The translations under genes were made by a program, and so were the position numbers. A stretch of 64,000 bases of DNA from Eledone cirrhosa. Lineage: Eukaryota. The notes beneath the pieces are model-generated. The model did no database searches, had not been told where the DNA came from, and saw only the letters and a program-made list of their open reading frames with translations. Below, in pieces: positions 26,407 through 40,231 of the stretch; position 1 is the stretch's first letter; each line of letters begins with the position of its first letter. The stretch is taken from positions 50,654,001-50,718,000 of the forward strand of contig OZ024746.1 of assembly GCA_964016885.1 (NCBI GenBank), given 5' to 3'.

Positions 26407-28087
26407 ATGCTAGACAAACATGCTAGACAAACACTACTGGAATTTCAAAAAGAATACTGGACCAGAAACACATATAGTAATCTATTCGACATTACTATGG
26501 GCTCAAGTGATTCTGCCCAAATTACCGATCTTGTGGGCCTCTTTCTTCTATTTAACATAAATGCTTCTTTTCCCCACCTTAAAGGTGGTTTATATCGTGA
26601 CGACTGTCTTCTTCTTTCCAATAACCTTAGCCTATGAGAAATTGAAAAGAATAAAAAACTTATTAGAACTTTCCTCAAAGACTATTATAGTCTAGATATT
26701 ACATTTGAAAACACAAGTAAAGTAGTTAATTTCCTTGATATAACATTAGACTTATCTACGTGTATCTACCAACCTTACCATAAACCTAACCAAAACTTAC
26801 ATTACATACACTCACAATCTAATCACCCTAAATCTATCCTTAAAAACCTAGCATATAATATCTCACTCAGAATGTCTAACCTTTCGTCTAACCAGGATGT
26901 ATTTGATAAAAATGGGACCTTTTATAACGAAGCTTTAGCTAGAAGTGGCCACAAAAACAAATTAGTATATATACCTTGTACCAATAACACTACAAACATA
27001 CAACCCAATATTACCAACAAACACCAAATGAAATATACACACCTAAATGCCACTCACACTATATCCCAAAATACCAACATAAAACTTAATTTCTCTAACT
27101 CTTCTAATATACAATATAGTAACTTCAAAAAACTATTCATCCTAATACTCCAATATATGTTAATAATAAAATTCCTAATAAACAGGCTAAAACACCTAAA
27201 TCAATGAATCTAACTAAAAATATGTGTAATAAAATCATTAACAATAATTCTCTTTATAAACATCAGGATACATCCTATAAAAATAATAAACAACATCGAA
27301 ACCGTAATAGACGAGTTACTTGGTATAATGCTCCATTTAATCTACAAATTAAAGATAATATACCTAAAAAATTTTTTTTACTATCCTAGAGAAAAACTTC
27401 CCGCCAAACCACAAATACCATCAAATTTTAAATAGATCAACGGTTAAATTCTCCTACTCAACAACCAAAAATATACAACAAAATATAAGTGCCTATAATG
27501 CATATAAATGTAAAAAAACCATGAATATACCACCAATACAACAAACTAACCATAATACTAAAATAAACCACAGCAAACCACCATCTCATTCACATACAAC
27601 AAGTCGTGAAAATTCCACACCTAATTTGACTATCTCCTCTGATACAGCATTCACGAAAGGTTGTAACTGTAGAAACAAAGCAAATTGCCCATTAAAAGGA
27701 AATTGCCTTATTAATAACATAGTATATAAATGTAAAATTAACACTAAGGACTCAACTTATTCATATATAGGAGCTACTTCTAACCAATTTAAAGTAATAT
27801 TTAATACCCACAAACACAGTTTTAAAAATGCCGCATTTGCTAATACAATATCTTTAGCTGAAATAATTAATAATTATAGAAAAAGGAATATAGATTATGA
27901 CCTGACCTGGAGGGTGCTCAAAAGGGCCACCCCTTATCAAAATAATAGATATGAATGTAGATTATGTTCCCAGGAACTTTTTGAAATAATGAAATCTAAG
28001 GATATCCTATTAAATAAACGACAGGAATTAATTATATCATGTGATCATAAATTGAGAAGAACTTTTAAATATTACAAACCTAATTAA
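26407..28087 (+). pseudogene. PLE-1: 5'-truncated Penelope-like RT + GIY-YIG endonuclease ORF (Hydra-clade-like), with stops and frameshifts
   Basis: FDITMGSSDSAQ, GGLYRDD, VVNFLDITLD, SNHP, VTWYNAPF, CNCRNKANC (CxCx5C), IVYKC...YIG, CRLC, LLNKRQE. Confidence 0.92.
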
Positions 28088-29009
28088 TATACACTTTAGA
28101 AATTATTATAATAACACTTTTTTTTTTTTTTTTTTTTTTTAAAATTAGTTAACCTATAATTAATATTCTACTACTAATGAACTGCATAATTTTATTTCCC
28201 TGTTACAGCTATCTTTTCCTAAAATTTATACCAATAAGTATACATATAAACTATTTTAATTTCTATATTCCTTATAATCTATATAAATTTGTTATTTCTC
28301 ACTAATAAATTTACCCCCCCCCACAATAATTATTATTATTATTTTTTTATTTTCTCTTCGTTTTTAACAGCACTCTTCAATTACATCTAACTCTTATTTA
28401 TCATATCTATATGAATTAATATAAATTTATCAATATAAATATACCTATCAATTTAATTTATTTATTTTCTTTTTATAGATGTAAATTCCCTATATTTTAA
28501 ATAAGATTGATATTTTTCACTAACACATTTATCGTAAAATTTTATTCTCCTTAGATATTTACATTAGCATTATTCTTTTATAACATCAATTTTTCGTGTA
28601 CCTTTTACCGACTTGACCTATTTTCATCCCTAAAATAATCTTTTGATTCATCATACTCTTTCCATTCAAAACTGAAATCTGCTTTCCTCTACCCCTAAAT
28701 TAAAGTTCTATTACTACTATTCTTGACCACTTACTACCTTTCTATTGGTCAATTCAAAACCTGTTCCCAAACAGACCTATTATATTAAATCTTTGTTGGT
28801 TTTTTTTCAATAAACAAATATCATTATTTCTGAAGACAGCATATATATGTGTAGGTATGTATATTCCCTCTGATAGTTTGTAAAAATTTTACATAGATCT
28901 ATATGATATACATACCAACACAAACATATATATCCTTGAAACGATCGTAAAATGATGAATTTTTTAATATAAGGAACTGTTTCTTTGTTTTTATTCATTA
29001 TTTTTATTA

Positions 29010-29012
<3 letters not shown>
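28088..29012 (+). mobile_element. PLE-1 3' UTR / terminal repeat ending in (TA)n
   Basis: T-rich UTR containing an HHR, homologous to 30960-31080 and 33790-34085. Confidence 0.8.
28821..28958 (+). ncRNA. Type I hammerhead ribozyme with ~100 nt stem II
   Basis: tcattattt-CTGAAGA-[catatatatgtgt..ggtatgtatat ... atatacatacc..acatatatat]-GAAAC-GATC-GTA-aaatgatga. Confidence 0.8.
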
Positions 29013-29046
<34 letters not shown>

Positions 29047-29049
<3 letters not shown>

Positions 29050-29232
29050 GTTTCTACTTTTGGATCAAGGCCAGCAATTACCCAGTGCATTACTGGTACT
29101 TTATTTTATCGACCCCGTAAGGATGAAAGGGCAAAGTTAACCTTGGCGGGATTTGAACTCAGAATGGCAAGGGCCGTAACTCTATGCGTCAAAGCATGGC
29201 GTCCGACCCTCTACCGATACTGCCAATCCACC
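29047..29232 (-). mobile_element. SINE family A inserted in a (TA)n run
   Basis: Full consensus. Confidence 0.9.
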
Positions 29233-29290
29233 TCCCTATATATATATAATGAATAGAAATAACCAGGATTAAATTACATTAAATTATTTA

Positions 29291-29364
29291 ATTGATTTAC
29301 GAAAGTTTCTATCAATACTGACAGAAAACTCATTTCTACTGTATTGATTTCTTCAGAAGATTTT
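29291..29364 (-). ncRNA. Hammerhead-like motif, intact core with eroded stem I
   Basis: CTGAAGA-AATCAATAC...GTATTGATA-GAAAC-TTTC-GTA, only ~2 bp of stem I. Confidence 0.55.
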
Positions 29365-29816
29365 AAACAACATAAATAACATAATTATTTACCAAACTCA
29401 TGTCAGAATATCTCCATTCCGAAAACATAAACACATTTAAAATACCGCTGGGAAAACGTTAGAACTTTATGGGAGACTAAACACGCAATTAAAATTTATC
29501 AGTAGTAAAGATATAGTGTGCAGTAGCTAAAAATTACTTTGCTTGATTTATACACTCAAATACACGTATACTACACACTAAAATAATGGTATAGGGCTAC
29601 AATTAGAAATTATAAGTTTAATAATACATATTAATAGAAGTATAACATTAATAGAATATATTAAGAAAATAATACAAAAATCATGGAAGCTTAAGTCAGT
29701 AATAAAATATCAATAACTAGAATGTCTAGTTATTAAGAAACTAATTAACTAAACCATAATAATAGAAGCTAAAATATTAGATTAAAAAGTTATTTGTGTA
29801 AGGAAAGTTAAACACA

Positions 29817-29852
<36 letters not shown>

Positions 29853-29856
<4 letters not shown>

Positions 29857-30712
29857 TGAAAAATGGCGAGCTGTGTTGTAGCAAATAGGATATATATAAT
29901 AAATGACGAATTAGAAATAGAAGCTACGAATATCCGTGGTATACTAGCCATCATAGGTATTTCTTCGCATTACAGACCATATACCTCAAGCTAGGGCGAT
30001 ACAATAACTAAATTAAGTTATTGGGATAAAAAGAGTTGGGTGGAGAAAGGGAGACAGATAAACAAACACGAAAGGTGAGGCAACCTAAAGAGTGGAAAAA
30101 AATGAGAAAATCAAGTCAATAATTCATTTTGAACATAAGAACTTGCGAATATTGACGAGAAGGCAAAGACACATCTTGGCCGTGCGGATGTGAGCGAGGA
30201 AAGAATCTCGTACGGTGTGGGACGATGGAGGAAGTGAAAGAGAGGGTGAGTAGCAGAGAGTGAGTGAGTGAAAGTGTGAGGAAGAGGCTAGCCGAAAGAG
30301 GGTGACTAGCAGAGGGGGTGAGTAAAGGTAAGAGGGGGAAGGAGAGAGAAGGGGAAGAGAGAAAAAGGAGTAAGGGAAGAGAAAAAGACAGGTCACAGCG
30401 AAGGGGAAAGCATATATGAATGAAAAATGGCGAGCTGTGTTGTTGCATTTAGTATATATATAATAAATGAAGAATTAAAAATAGAAGCCAGCCATATCCG
30501 TCATCAGTGGTCTACTAGCCATCGTAGGTATTTCTTCGCATTTGTTTACCTGTCTTTCTTTCTCCACCCAACTCTTTTTATCCCAATAACTTAATTTAGT
30601 TATTGTATCGCTCTAGCTTCAGGTATATGGTCTGTATTGCGAAGAAATACCTATGATGGGTAGTAGACCACTGATGACGGATATTCCTGGCTTCTATTTC
30701 TAATTCTTCATT
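29853..30712. repeat. TA-bounded repeat: ~563 bp partial tandem plus inverted segment (PLE terminal-repeat-like)
   Basis: atgaatgaaaaatggcgagctgtg at 29852 and 30416, 30550-30712 inverts 29900-30057, CTGATGA at 30671. Confidence 0.8.
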
Positions 30713-30779
30713 TATATATATATATATTTATATATATATATACATATATAGACATAAATATATATAAATATATACATAC

Positions 30780-30867
<88 letters not shown>

Positions 30868-31323
30868 CAGGAAAGAAGGTTGACATGGTTTGCTATACAA
30901 AAAAGGTTTAATCACATAGCTTTGTTACCCCGTATATATATATACACGTATATATATATACACCTTAGAAATCAATATATTAACTATCTTTAATTTAGTT
31001 AACCTATAATTAATAGTCTACTTATATTAAAATGCATAATTTTGCCTTCTTTCTTACATTTCCTAATACTGAAACTACTATGTAAACACATATTATGATC
31101 TAAATGCAGATTAATATTCTATGTTTCTTGAAACCTATATTTACTATAATCCCCTTCTCCCCCCTCCCCCCTATTATTATTTGTATTTGTAAGCGTGGAT
31201 GTATGTATGTATATGTAGGTAGGTATGTATGTTTGGGTGTTTGTATGTGAGTATAAAAATACATATGTGCGCATGTAAATAAGGGTGTATGATTGTGTGT
31301 ATATATATATATATATATATGTG

Positions 31324-31382
<59 letters not shown>

Positions 31383-31484
31383 TTATGTGGGTATATGTGT
31401 GTATGTATATGTATGCACATGTATACGTCTATGTGTATATGTGTGTATGTGTATATATGTACGTATGTGCGCATGTATATGTGA

Positions 31485-31558
<74 letters not shown>

Positions 31559-31672
31559 ATATATATATATGTATATGTATGTGTGTGCATATTTGTCTGA
31601 CTGTGTGTATTAATTTCTTTCTTTCTTTCTTTCTTTTATTTCTTTCTTTTTTTTTATATATATGTATATATA

Positions 31673-31758
<86 letters not shown>

Positions 31759-31841
31759 GGAGGTGAGTTTTATTGTAGTACAATAAAGCAATGCAGATAT
31801 CGGATAAGAAGCACTCTACAGTTTGTGGGACTGGAGTATGC

Positions 31842-32052
31842 ATAATATAAGATCAAAAGATGGTTAAAGGAGTTCCATATATTTTATTATGCGCATTTCA
31901 AAAACAAACATCATCAAGCAATAATATTTGTGTTTTCATCAGATAAAACAGGAGAACATCTGATGAAAACACAAATATTATTGCTTGATGATGTTTGTTT
32001 TTGAAATGCGCATAATAAAATATATGGAACTCCTTTAACCATCTTTTGATCT

Positions 32053-32060
<8 letters not shown>
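31842..32060. repeat. Perfect 103-bp-arm palindrome with 13-nt loop
   Basis: 31842-31944 is the reverse complement of 31958-32060. Confidence 0.95.
31881..31949 (-). ncRNA. Type I hammerhead ribozyme
   Basis: gttttat-CTGATGA-aaacacaaatattatt gct tgatgatgtttgttttt-GAAAT-GCGC-ATA-ataaaat. Confidence 0.8.
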
Positions 32061-32114
<54 letters not shown>

Positions 32115-32543
32115 ATATATATGTATGTGTGTATGTATGTGTATGTATGTGTGTGTGTGTGTGTACGTGTCTATATATTTATATGTGTATATGTATCTCT
32201 ATTTATATATGTATATATGTGTATGTATATCCCTTTATTTATGTATGTCTGAGTTGTGTGAGCGTGTGTATATGTATGTGTATGTATGTGTGTGTGTGTG
32301 TGTACGTGTGTATATATTTATATGTGTATATGTATCTCTATTTATATATGTATATATGTGTATGTATATCCCTTTATTTATGTATGTCTGAGTTGTGTGA
32401 GCGTGTGGTGGTGTTTGTATGTATATACGCATACATGGATGTGTATGTATGTGTATATATGCGTATATGTATGTGTGTATGTATGTGAGTATATATGTAT
32501 GTCTATGTATGAGTATGTGTGTGTGTGTATGTATGTGTATATA

Positions 32544-32584
<41 letters not shown>

Positions 32585-32654
32585 TATATGTGTGTGTGTA
32601 TATATATATATCTTTGTATATGTGTATGTGTATATGTGTGTATGTATGTGTGTG

Positions 32655-32762
<108 letters not shown>

Positions 32763-32817
32763 TGGGTATGTATGTGTATGTGTGTATATACATGAGTGTG
32801 TTTATATATGTGTGTAG

Positions 32818-32858
<41 letters not shown>

Positions 32859-33096
32859 TATATATATATATATGTGTGTTGTGAATGTATATATATATAT
32901 GTGTATGTGTGTATGTGTGTATGTTTATATATATATATGTGTGTATATGTGTATATGTCTATGTATTTATATGTGTATATGTATGTGTCTCTATATGTAT
33001 GCGTGTGTGTATGTGTATGTGTATTTATATGGTGTGTGTATGTATATGTATGTGTATGTATGTGTTTATGTATATGTGTATGTATATGTATGTATA

Positions 33097-33135
<39 letters not shown>

Positions 33136-33192
33136 GTATGTATATCGATGTATATTTTATATTTTACTTGTTTATATATATGTATATATGTG

Positions 33193-33250
<58 letters not shown>

Positions 33251-33870
33251 CTTAATATATTTCTTTTTTCTTTTTCTTTTCTTTTTATTTCTAAATTTAT
33301 AGATACATTTATAAATAGGCAGTTCGCTGACACCGCTAAATACTGACCTCTTCTCCCCTCCCCCACCTACTTTCTGTATCTGGATCTAAATATGTGTGGC
33401 AGTGTTTATGTGCGCGCATTAATGTCCATATGCTTATGATAATAGTATATACACATATATGTGTGTGGGGGGGGGGGTGTGTGTATGTATGTTCGTGGTT
33501 GTGTGTATGTTTATGCGTATACGCGCGTGTGTGTGTGAATGTACGTATATGTGTGAGTATATGAATGTGTGTATATATTTATTTTTTTATTTTTTTATTT
33601 TTATATTTATATGTTTATATGAGTATACGTATTTTATCTGTAGATTATAAACATACAGAGACATTAGCCTTGAATTTTTGTATTTACATACATCTTTTCG
33701 GCATGCGTATGCATGTGAACATATATTTTTATGCATATCTGTGAACGAAGTTACTTACATATATACACACACCTAACTGTATAAACTTTTTGTGTTTTCA
33801 TTGGTCAATTTGAACTCTGTTCCCAAACAGACCTGTAATTTTGAATTGTTGTTATTATCAATAAATATAT

Positions 33871-34026
33871 TTCATTATTTCTGAAGACGGCATATATATG
33901 TGTTGGTATGTATATTTAATTTTGATAGTTTGTATAATTTTGTATAATTTTGTACATAGATCTGTTGAATATGCATGCCAATTCTAACACACATATATAT
34001 CCTAGAAACGATCGTTAAATAATGAA
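33871..34026 (+). ncRNA. Type I hammerhead ribozyme with ~117 nt stem II
   Basis: ttcattattt-CTGAAGA-...-GAAAC-GATC-GTT-aaataatgaa, with a perfect 10-bp stem I. Confidence 0.82.
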
Positions 34027-34080
34027 CTTTTTTTGTTTAATATAAGGAACTGTTTCATTGTTTTATTCATTATTTTTTTA

Positions 34081-34164
<84 letters not shown>

Positions 34165-34639
34165 CATATATATGCATATAAATATACATACAAATACATA
34201 CGCAAATATACCCATATACATAATATATACACATACATGTATGTGTATATATGTATATATACAATGGAAAATTAAATTAGTTAGAACGTCGTTAGAACGT
34301 CGTTAGAACGTCGGATAGAATTCTTTGCGGTATTCGTTTCACCTCTTTGCACTCGGGGGTCAACTTTGCCTTTCATCCTTTCGTGGTAGATAAAAAAGTA
34401 CCAGTCTAGTACTGAGGTCGATTCATCCTCTATATCTCTTTCTCACTTTCATTCTCTCATCCTCAATCCTTCTCTGGAAGAAATCTGCTGTGTTCAGTCC
34501 TGGAGAGAGATGGGTTTTGCCAGGCTTAAAAGGAGCAAGAAACGCCGTATGCTACTACGGTGCCCCTACGACTCCATCAATTGTTACGGGACCATACCTT
34601 ACCGTACCATATATGTGTATATGTAGTTATTAGATACCG

Positions 34640-36310
34640 TGTTTCTGAAAGGTTTTACATATTTTCACAGTTCCATTTATCTACTGTACTTGCAGTTGCC
34701 TAACTAGCTATGCCCTTTCTGGTTCTGTGAAGCCCAGCTTCTCAAGATATGTATTGAAGCAGTTAGTAACATATCCAAAGAGCTCCAATGATCCCAGGTA
34801 CGAATCTAAATGTATAGTCATGGTGGAGTATTTGTAGATTCCTCATTAGTTCAGTATAAATGTTCTCTTTTCCACTAATCTTTAGCATTATACAGACATT
34901 TGCTGGTTAGTTGATTTCCACTACCATGCATGTCTTCTTTTTTCTGTCCCGTATCACAATGCCTGGCCAGTTATGTTTGTATTTTATTCATATTTTGACT
35001 GGAATATTCCACCCTTACTTTTTCATATTACGTACGCATATGTCCTTCATATCATTGTAACTTTATATATATATGTTTATTCTCAGGGCTTTCCTTTCTA
35101 CGGATTGCATTGTATAGTGTTTTGGCTACTACATCATGCCTCATAGGTAGATAGTATCGGGATGATATCTTTGGACAGCTGCTTATGATATGGGTGACAT
35201 GCTAGATGTTTATTTCGCAAAGTCTGTATCACATGTCACATCTAGGTGTTTTGCCTGAATTCCTATCTCTTTTGTGCATTAGGTATTCCGTTTTTATTTC
35301 CTGTTCTTGGATTGCGAAAGTATATTCTTCAAAGGGAGCGCCAATATACTTTGCTTATTTATATTTCTTTCAATTTTAAGCTTTCTGGCAACATATCAAT
35401 GTATGATATTTTGCTGAGAATCATGCAGCTTTTCATCTACCGATTCATTTCAGTATTGCTGTAAAATTTCCTTGGATGTGAATTTTTGATTTTCATGTAG
35501 CGAGTATTTCTCAAAGAACTAACTCCCTCCCAACGCCCATGATGTTATCTGCTTCATATAAACAGACTTATTCTATAGATGGTCTTCTGCGCTTGGGTGG
35601 TTTAGATGTTAGCGAGGAGACTAGTTGTTTTGTTTTTGTACACATATGATAAGCATTGACACATATCCGGACAGTTTTTCACAGGTCAGCGATCTCATTT
35701 TCTATTTTTGAAATATATAATGGCATTTATTGTGCGGTTTTGTTTCTATTAACATCTTTATTATCAACAAGATAATGTTTCACTGTCGTTGCTAAAGCAT
35801 ACAGGCTTAGGTGAATTTGCCAAAATGGAGAGGCTTTAATTTGTCGTAAATATTCACCTCCAATTTCATTGATAGCACGCAGAATTTCATTATTTAGTTT
35901 CTTGTTTAATATTGCCGTTTTATGTCTTTTTCCGAGAGAATGTTTCATACATAAATTAATCTCTGTTTGGAAAATTACACTAAGGAAATATTTTATCTGT
36001 TTCTTCATTTCTTCAGCTAATTGTAGACTTATTATTGATGGTGATTTAATGTCGATTGTTATCGTGGCTGTGAGATATTGCAATCCAGGTTAAGCCTGTC
36101 GTGACACGAAGTTTCAAAATTTGTCGCCAGCATGACTGTTTCAAGAGACTGTTTGCGTATTGCTGCTGTTTGTTGTTGATGATCGAACTGGTTTCGACCA
36201 CACCTAGTAACATGGCGGCCTATTATGGGACGCGTTGATTCCATATCCGATGTAGGAGACTGCTCGCTTAGTGTTATTATTTGTAGAGGTGTCACACTTT
36301 CATTATTATC
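34640..36310 (-). mobile_element. Decayed non-LTR retrotransposon with restriction-like endonuclease (R4/NeSL-like), RT core not visible
   Basis: Minus-strand pieces RLCEINI*HVTHIISSC (CCHC remnant), YLPMRHDVVAK, KHNWPGIVIRDRKKKTCMVVEI (PD..D/E), FVPGIIGAL. Confidence 0.7.
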
Positions 36311-37162
36311 CAACCGAGGTTAACTTTGCTTTTCATCATTACGGGATCGATAAAATAAAGTAGCAGTAATACACTGGGGTAATTGCTGGCCTTGTGCCAA
36401 AAGTAGAAACAATTATTGTTTAGAATAGTGTTCATGTTTCTTTTTTATTTACATTAGACATACATTGCTTTTTGGCGTAATATTTTGGTTGTGAACTAAT
36501 TTAGCCCTGAGTGAAATCGTCCTAGTCAAGCTTCATTCTGTTCATATTTCCAATAGATGGATAATTGTTTTTGTTATTTTATGAGAATTAAATAGCTCGA
36601 TATTGAGTTTGTAACTACAAGAAAAATGTGATTCATAGTTTCGCTTCCTTCTGTAACTACAACTAAAAAGATCATATATATATATACAAGTGGAAGCTTA
36701 GTAAAATCGAAGCTTTGGCTGTGGTCAAGCAAAGTCGACCTACAATAAGGAATGAGTAGCAAAGCACTCAATTAGGGTAGGTCCTTAGAGTAATAACATA
36801 CGTTTAAATAGCTTGACAAATTGAAAATTGCGGTAGGCAAAAGCCATATATATATATATATATATATATATTGGTAAACGGAATAGAAAATGCTGACGAA
36901 TTGTTCACAGTGAAAAATAGTTTAATTAGGAATAAGTGATAATTAGTAATAGTATTGGTTAGTATTAAGTTTTGGTTTTAAGTTTTACCGGTTGCGCATT
37001 TCTAATGCTTTTCAAAAATAATTTTGAGATAGAGCGTCCGTGATGTTTGCTCTGATCTGACTAGTTTTTGGAATTCTACCTGTTTTTATGTTAAAAAAGT
37101 GGATCCAGCGGTATTAAAATAAGTTTTGCGCCAATTCATGTTGCAAAAATTCTTGTGGTCAA

Positions 37163-37193
<31 letters not shown>

Positions 37194-39737
37194 CTGAAAA
37201 ATTGAACGGGAACAAAACAGAGAGGCAGTACGAACAAAGGTTTATTAGTTTCACGCTCTTGAGAGTGGGGTGGTGGTGTGGAACGACGTTTCGGGCATAA
37301 GCCCTTCTTCAGGTGAAAAGTGTGTGGGAAGAGAGTTCAAAGGGTGTGTAGGGGAGTGGTGGAGAGACATATAGCAAAAAGGGGGTGAGAGGAAACGGTG
37401 CAAATGAAATTAAAAATAAAGGCATGATCAAAATAAAATTAAAATGGGGTAAAACAGGTGGTGGAAGGGTGTGGGGCGTGTAGGGGTGGTAGCGGGTGGA
37501 GTGGGGAGAGGGAGACGGGGTGTCCGAGCGGGGAAGGCTGAAGGTAGTGTGTGTGTGTAGGTGTACGTGTGTGTTGTGTGTGTGTGTGTGTATGTGAAAG
37601 CAAGGGTTGGGGGAAGAACGGGGTTGCATGTTTAGGAAGAGGTGTGTGGGGGGTGGGGTGTAGGTCGGAGTGTGTGTTCGTGTGTGGATAGAGGGGTAGG
37701 GGAGAGGATTCCGGAGGCTGAATGTGTAAATATGTGGTGGTACACACGTGTGTGTGTGGTGTTTATGCGTGTTGTGGATGTAGGTGGCGTGTGGGAAAAA
37801 TAATTTTTTGGGGTGTATGTCTGGGGGTGAGTCGTAAAGGTAATTCCGTAAAAGGATGTGGTGGAATGCTGAGTAAAATCCTTGGGATGCGGTAGATTCT
37901 CGGGATCAAGGTTCACATATGTGTAATCCGTGAAAAGATTGGTCGGAAGAGGGGAGATGTGGGGTGCGCGCGCAACAGGAAGTGGTCAGAGGGTTAAGGC
38001 AGGAGGAGGGTTGTGTGTCTGTGTGTGCGGGGAGGTGGTCAGAGAGGCATAGCAGCAGTAGGGTAGAATGGTAAGTGAAGAAAGTCGGTGTGTCAGTGTG
38101 TGCGGAGGTGCGGTGGACAGGGGAGAGGATGGGTAGGTGTGAAAGTTGGAGTGAGGAGGGGGGTGTATTAGTAGAGGTGTTAGTGGGATGTGTGTGTGTT
38201 TGAGAAAGGGTGTGGGTGGAGCGGGGAGAGAAGGGTGTGGGGGCCGATGGAGGGAGTGTAGTGTACTGGTGTGTGTGTGTGTTGAAGGGGGTGTTAGTAG
38301 GTGTTAGTATACTGGAGATGGAGAAAGAGTTGAATGCGGGTGTGAGTGGGGGTCAGTGGTGGTAGGGTGTGTAGAGTGGGTGGTGTAAGAGGGTGTGTGT
38401 GTTCGTGTGCGTAGGGTTGGGGGGTGTTAGTGATGTTAGTTGCGTGTAGAGTGGGTGGTGTAAGTGGGTGTGTGTGTTCGTGTGCTTGGGGTCAGGGGGG
38501 GTTAGTGATGTTAGTTGCGGAGTGGTGGGGTGGATGTGTGGCGGTGAGGGTTAGTGGTGGTAGTAGGGTGTGTGTTTAGTGTGAGCGCGTGTATATATGT
38601 ACCGGTGGGTGTGTGCGTGTGATAAGGAGGGGGGAGGAGAAGAAGGGAGGGATGTTAGTATGTTAGTTGGGGAAGGGTGATCGGATGTGGGGTGGAGGTG
38701 TTAGTATTGTTAGTTGTGGGGTGGGCGGTGAAAAGGAGGGGTGTGTTAGTGGTGTTAGTGGGGGATATGTGTGGGGGGAGGGTGGTGGTCGAAGGCTAAA
38801 GGAATAAGGGTGGGGAGTTCAGGCCGAGGGGAGTGTGGGTCTGTAGGGTGAAGATGGTTCGTTGTTCGACCCTTAGGAGAGTGGCGGGTGTTCCGTGGCA
38901 TTGGAGTAGGCCACAGACTGTGAGGTGGTGTGCGGAATGTCCAGGGGCACCAAAGTGGCGGGCGATGGGGGAACTACCACCGAGACGAATATCCTGGAGG
39001 CGACGTCCGAATATCCCGGAGGCGACGTCAGAATATCCCGGAGGCGACGTCCAGTCTGTCCGACGTAAGTCGCGCTGCACTCTGTGCAGCGAAGTCCGTA
39101 GACTAGGTTGGAGGAGGTGCAGCGGAAGGCATGCCGGACAGAGAGAGAGTGGCCGTTGGGGCCGTGGAAGGTGGTGGTGTTGGTGATGTGAGGACAGGTG
39201 TTGCAGCAGGGCCTAGAACAGGGAAAGGAACCGGGGGAGGGGAGCTGTGGACGAGGAGGGGGGGATTGCGTGCGCGTTTGAAGGAGGGGAGTGGTGGGGC
39301 TGGGAAGATGTGGGAGGTGGAGGGGTCGGACTGGAGGCGTCGGAAGAGGCGGAGGGTGGTGAATTGGAGGGAAGGGTGGAAGGAGCAGAAGAAGGAGAGA
39401 AAGGAATCGAGCTGTTCTCGGGTGAGGGTCGTGGCTCCGATACAGTCGTCGATGTAACGACCGTAAAGTTCGGGCGTGGGGCCGGTGTACTGGGCAAAGA
39501 TTTGGGCCTCAACATGGCCAACAAAAGGTTGGCATAGTTTGGGCCCATTCTTGTACCCATGGCTACGCACGTAACCTGTTCGTAAAACTCATCCGAGAAG
39601 GAGAAACAGTTGAGGGTGAGGACCAGCTCGGCGAGGCGAAGGAGGGTGGGGGTGGAGGGGATGGGGAAAGGGCGAAGGTCGAGGTAGTGTTTGAGGGCGC
39701 GTAGGCCGTCGGCGTGGGGGATGACGGTATAGAGGGA

Positions 39738-39740
<3 letters not shown>
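37194..39740 (-). mobile_element. PLE-2: 5'-truncated GC-rich Penelope-like element (Neptune-like) with ~1.6 kb C/A-rich 3' UTR, TA runs at both ends
   Basis: SLYTVIPH, VAMGTRMGPNYANL, RYIDD, FHPSLQFT, NLVYGLRCTECSATYVGQTGRRL (GIY-YIG with CxxC), C-terminal PLGLN. Frameshifts and an internal deletion. AATAAA on the minus strand at 37241-37246. Confidence 0.92.
37280..37320 (-). ncRNA. Minimal hammerhead-like motif at the PLE-2 3' end
   Basis: CTGAAGA-AGGGCttatGCCC-GAAACGTCG, stem I poorly paired. Confidence 0.6.
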
Positions 39741-39799
<59 letters not shown>

Positions 39800-39928
39800 C
39801 ATATATACACATATATCCGTATGTGGTTGACGGCTGAGAGAAAGGAATACTCAATACCGAAGTAGAGTTTTAATATTCATCATGTTCTTGTCTGGTGGAC
39901 CTGTGATAAACAGGCGAAACTCCAGAGT

Positions 39929-39986
<58 letters not shown>

Positions 39987-40169
39987 CGTTTCTGAATTTG
40001 TTTAGCAAGATTCTTTATCTGAAAACGTGTGTTGAAACCGATATTGTTATACTTTGGGAGGGTCATGTTGCCAATAAGAAACACACGCACCAGTTGCTTT
40101 CACTTCAATTTATTATAATAAATTTATAAATTTAGGAATTTATAAATATAGTTTCCATTTGTTAATATC

Positions 40170-40231
<62 letters not shown>

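Noticed and set aside
26635-26637. In-frame TGA in PLE-1 (also 44849-44851 in PLE-3) as selenocysteine, as in Naiad PLEs
   Set aside because: The positions align with Arg (CGA to TGA decay) and Leu in the sister elements, not Cys. The same ORFs have frameshifts and no SECIS was recognised
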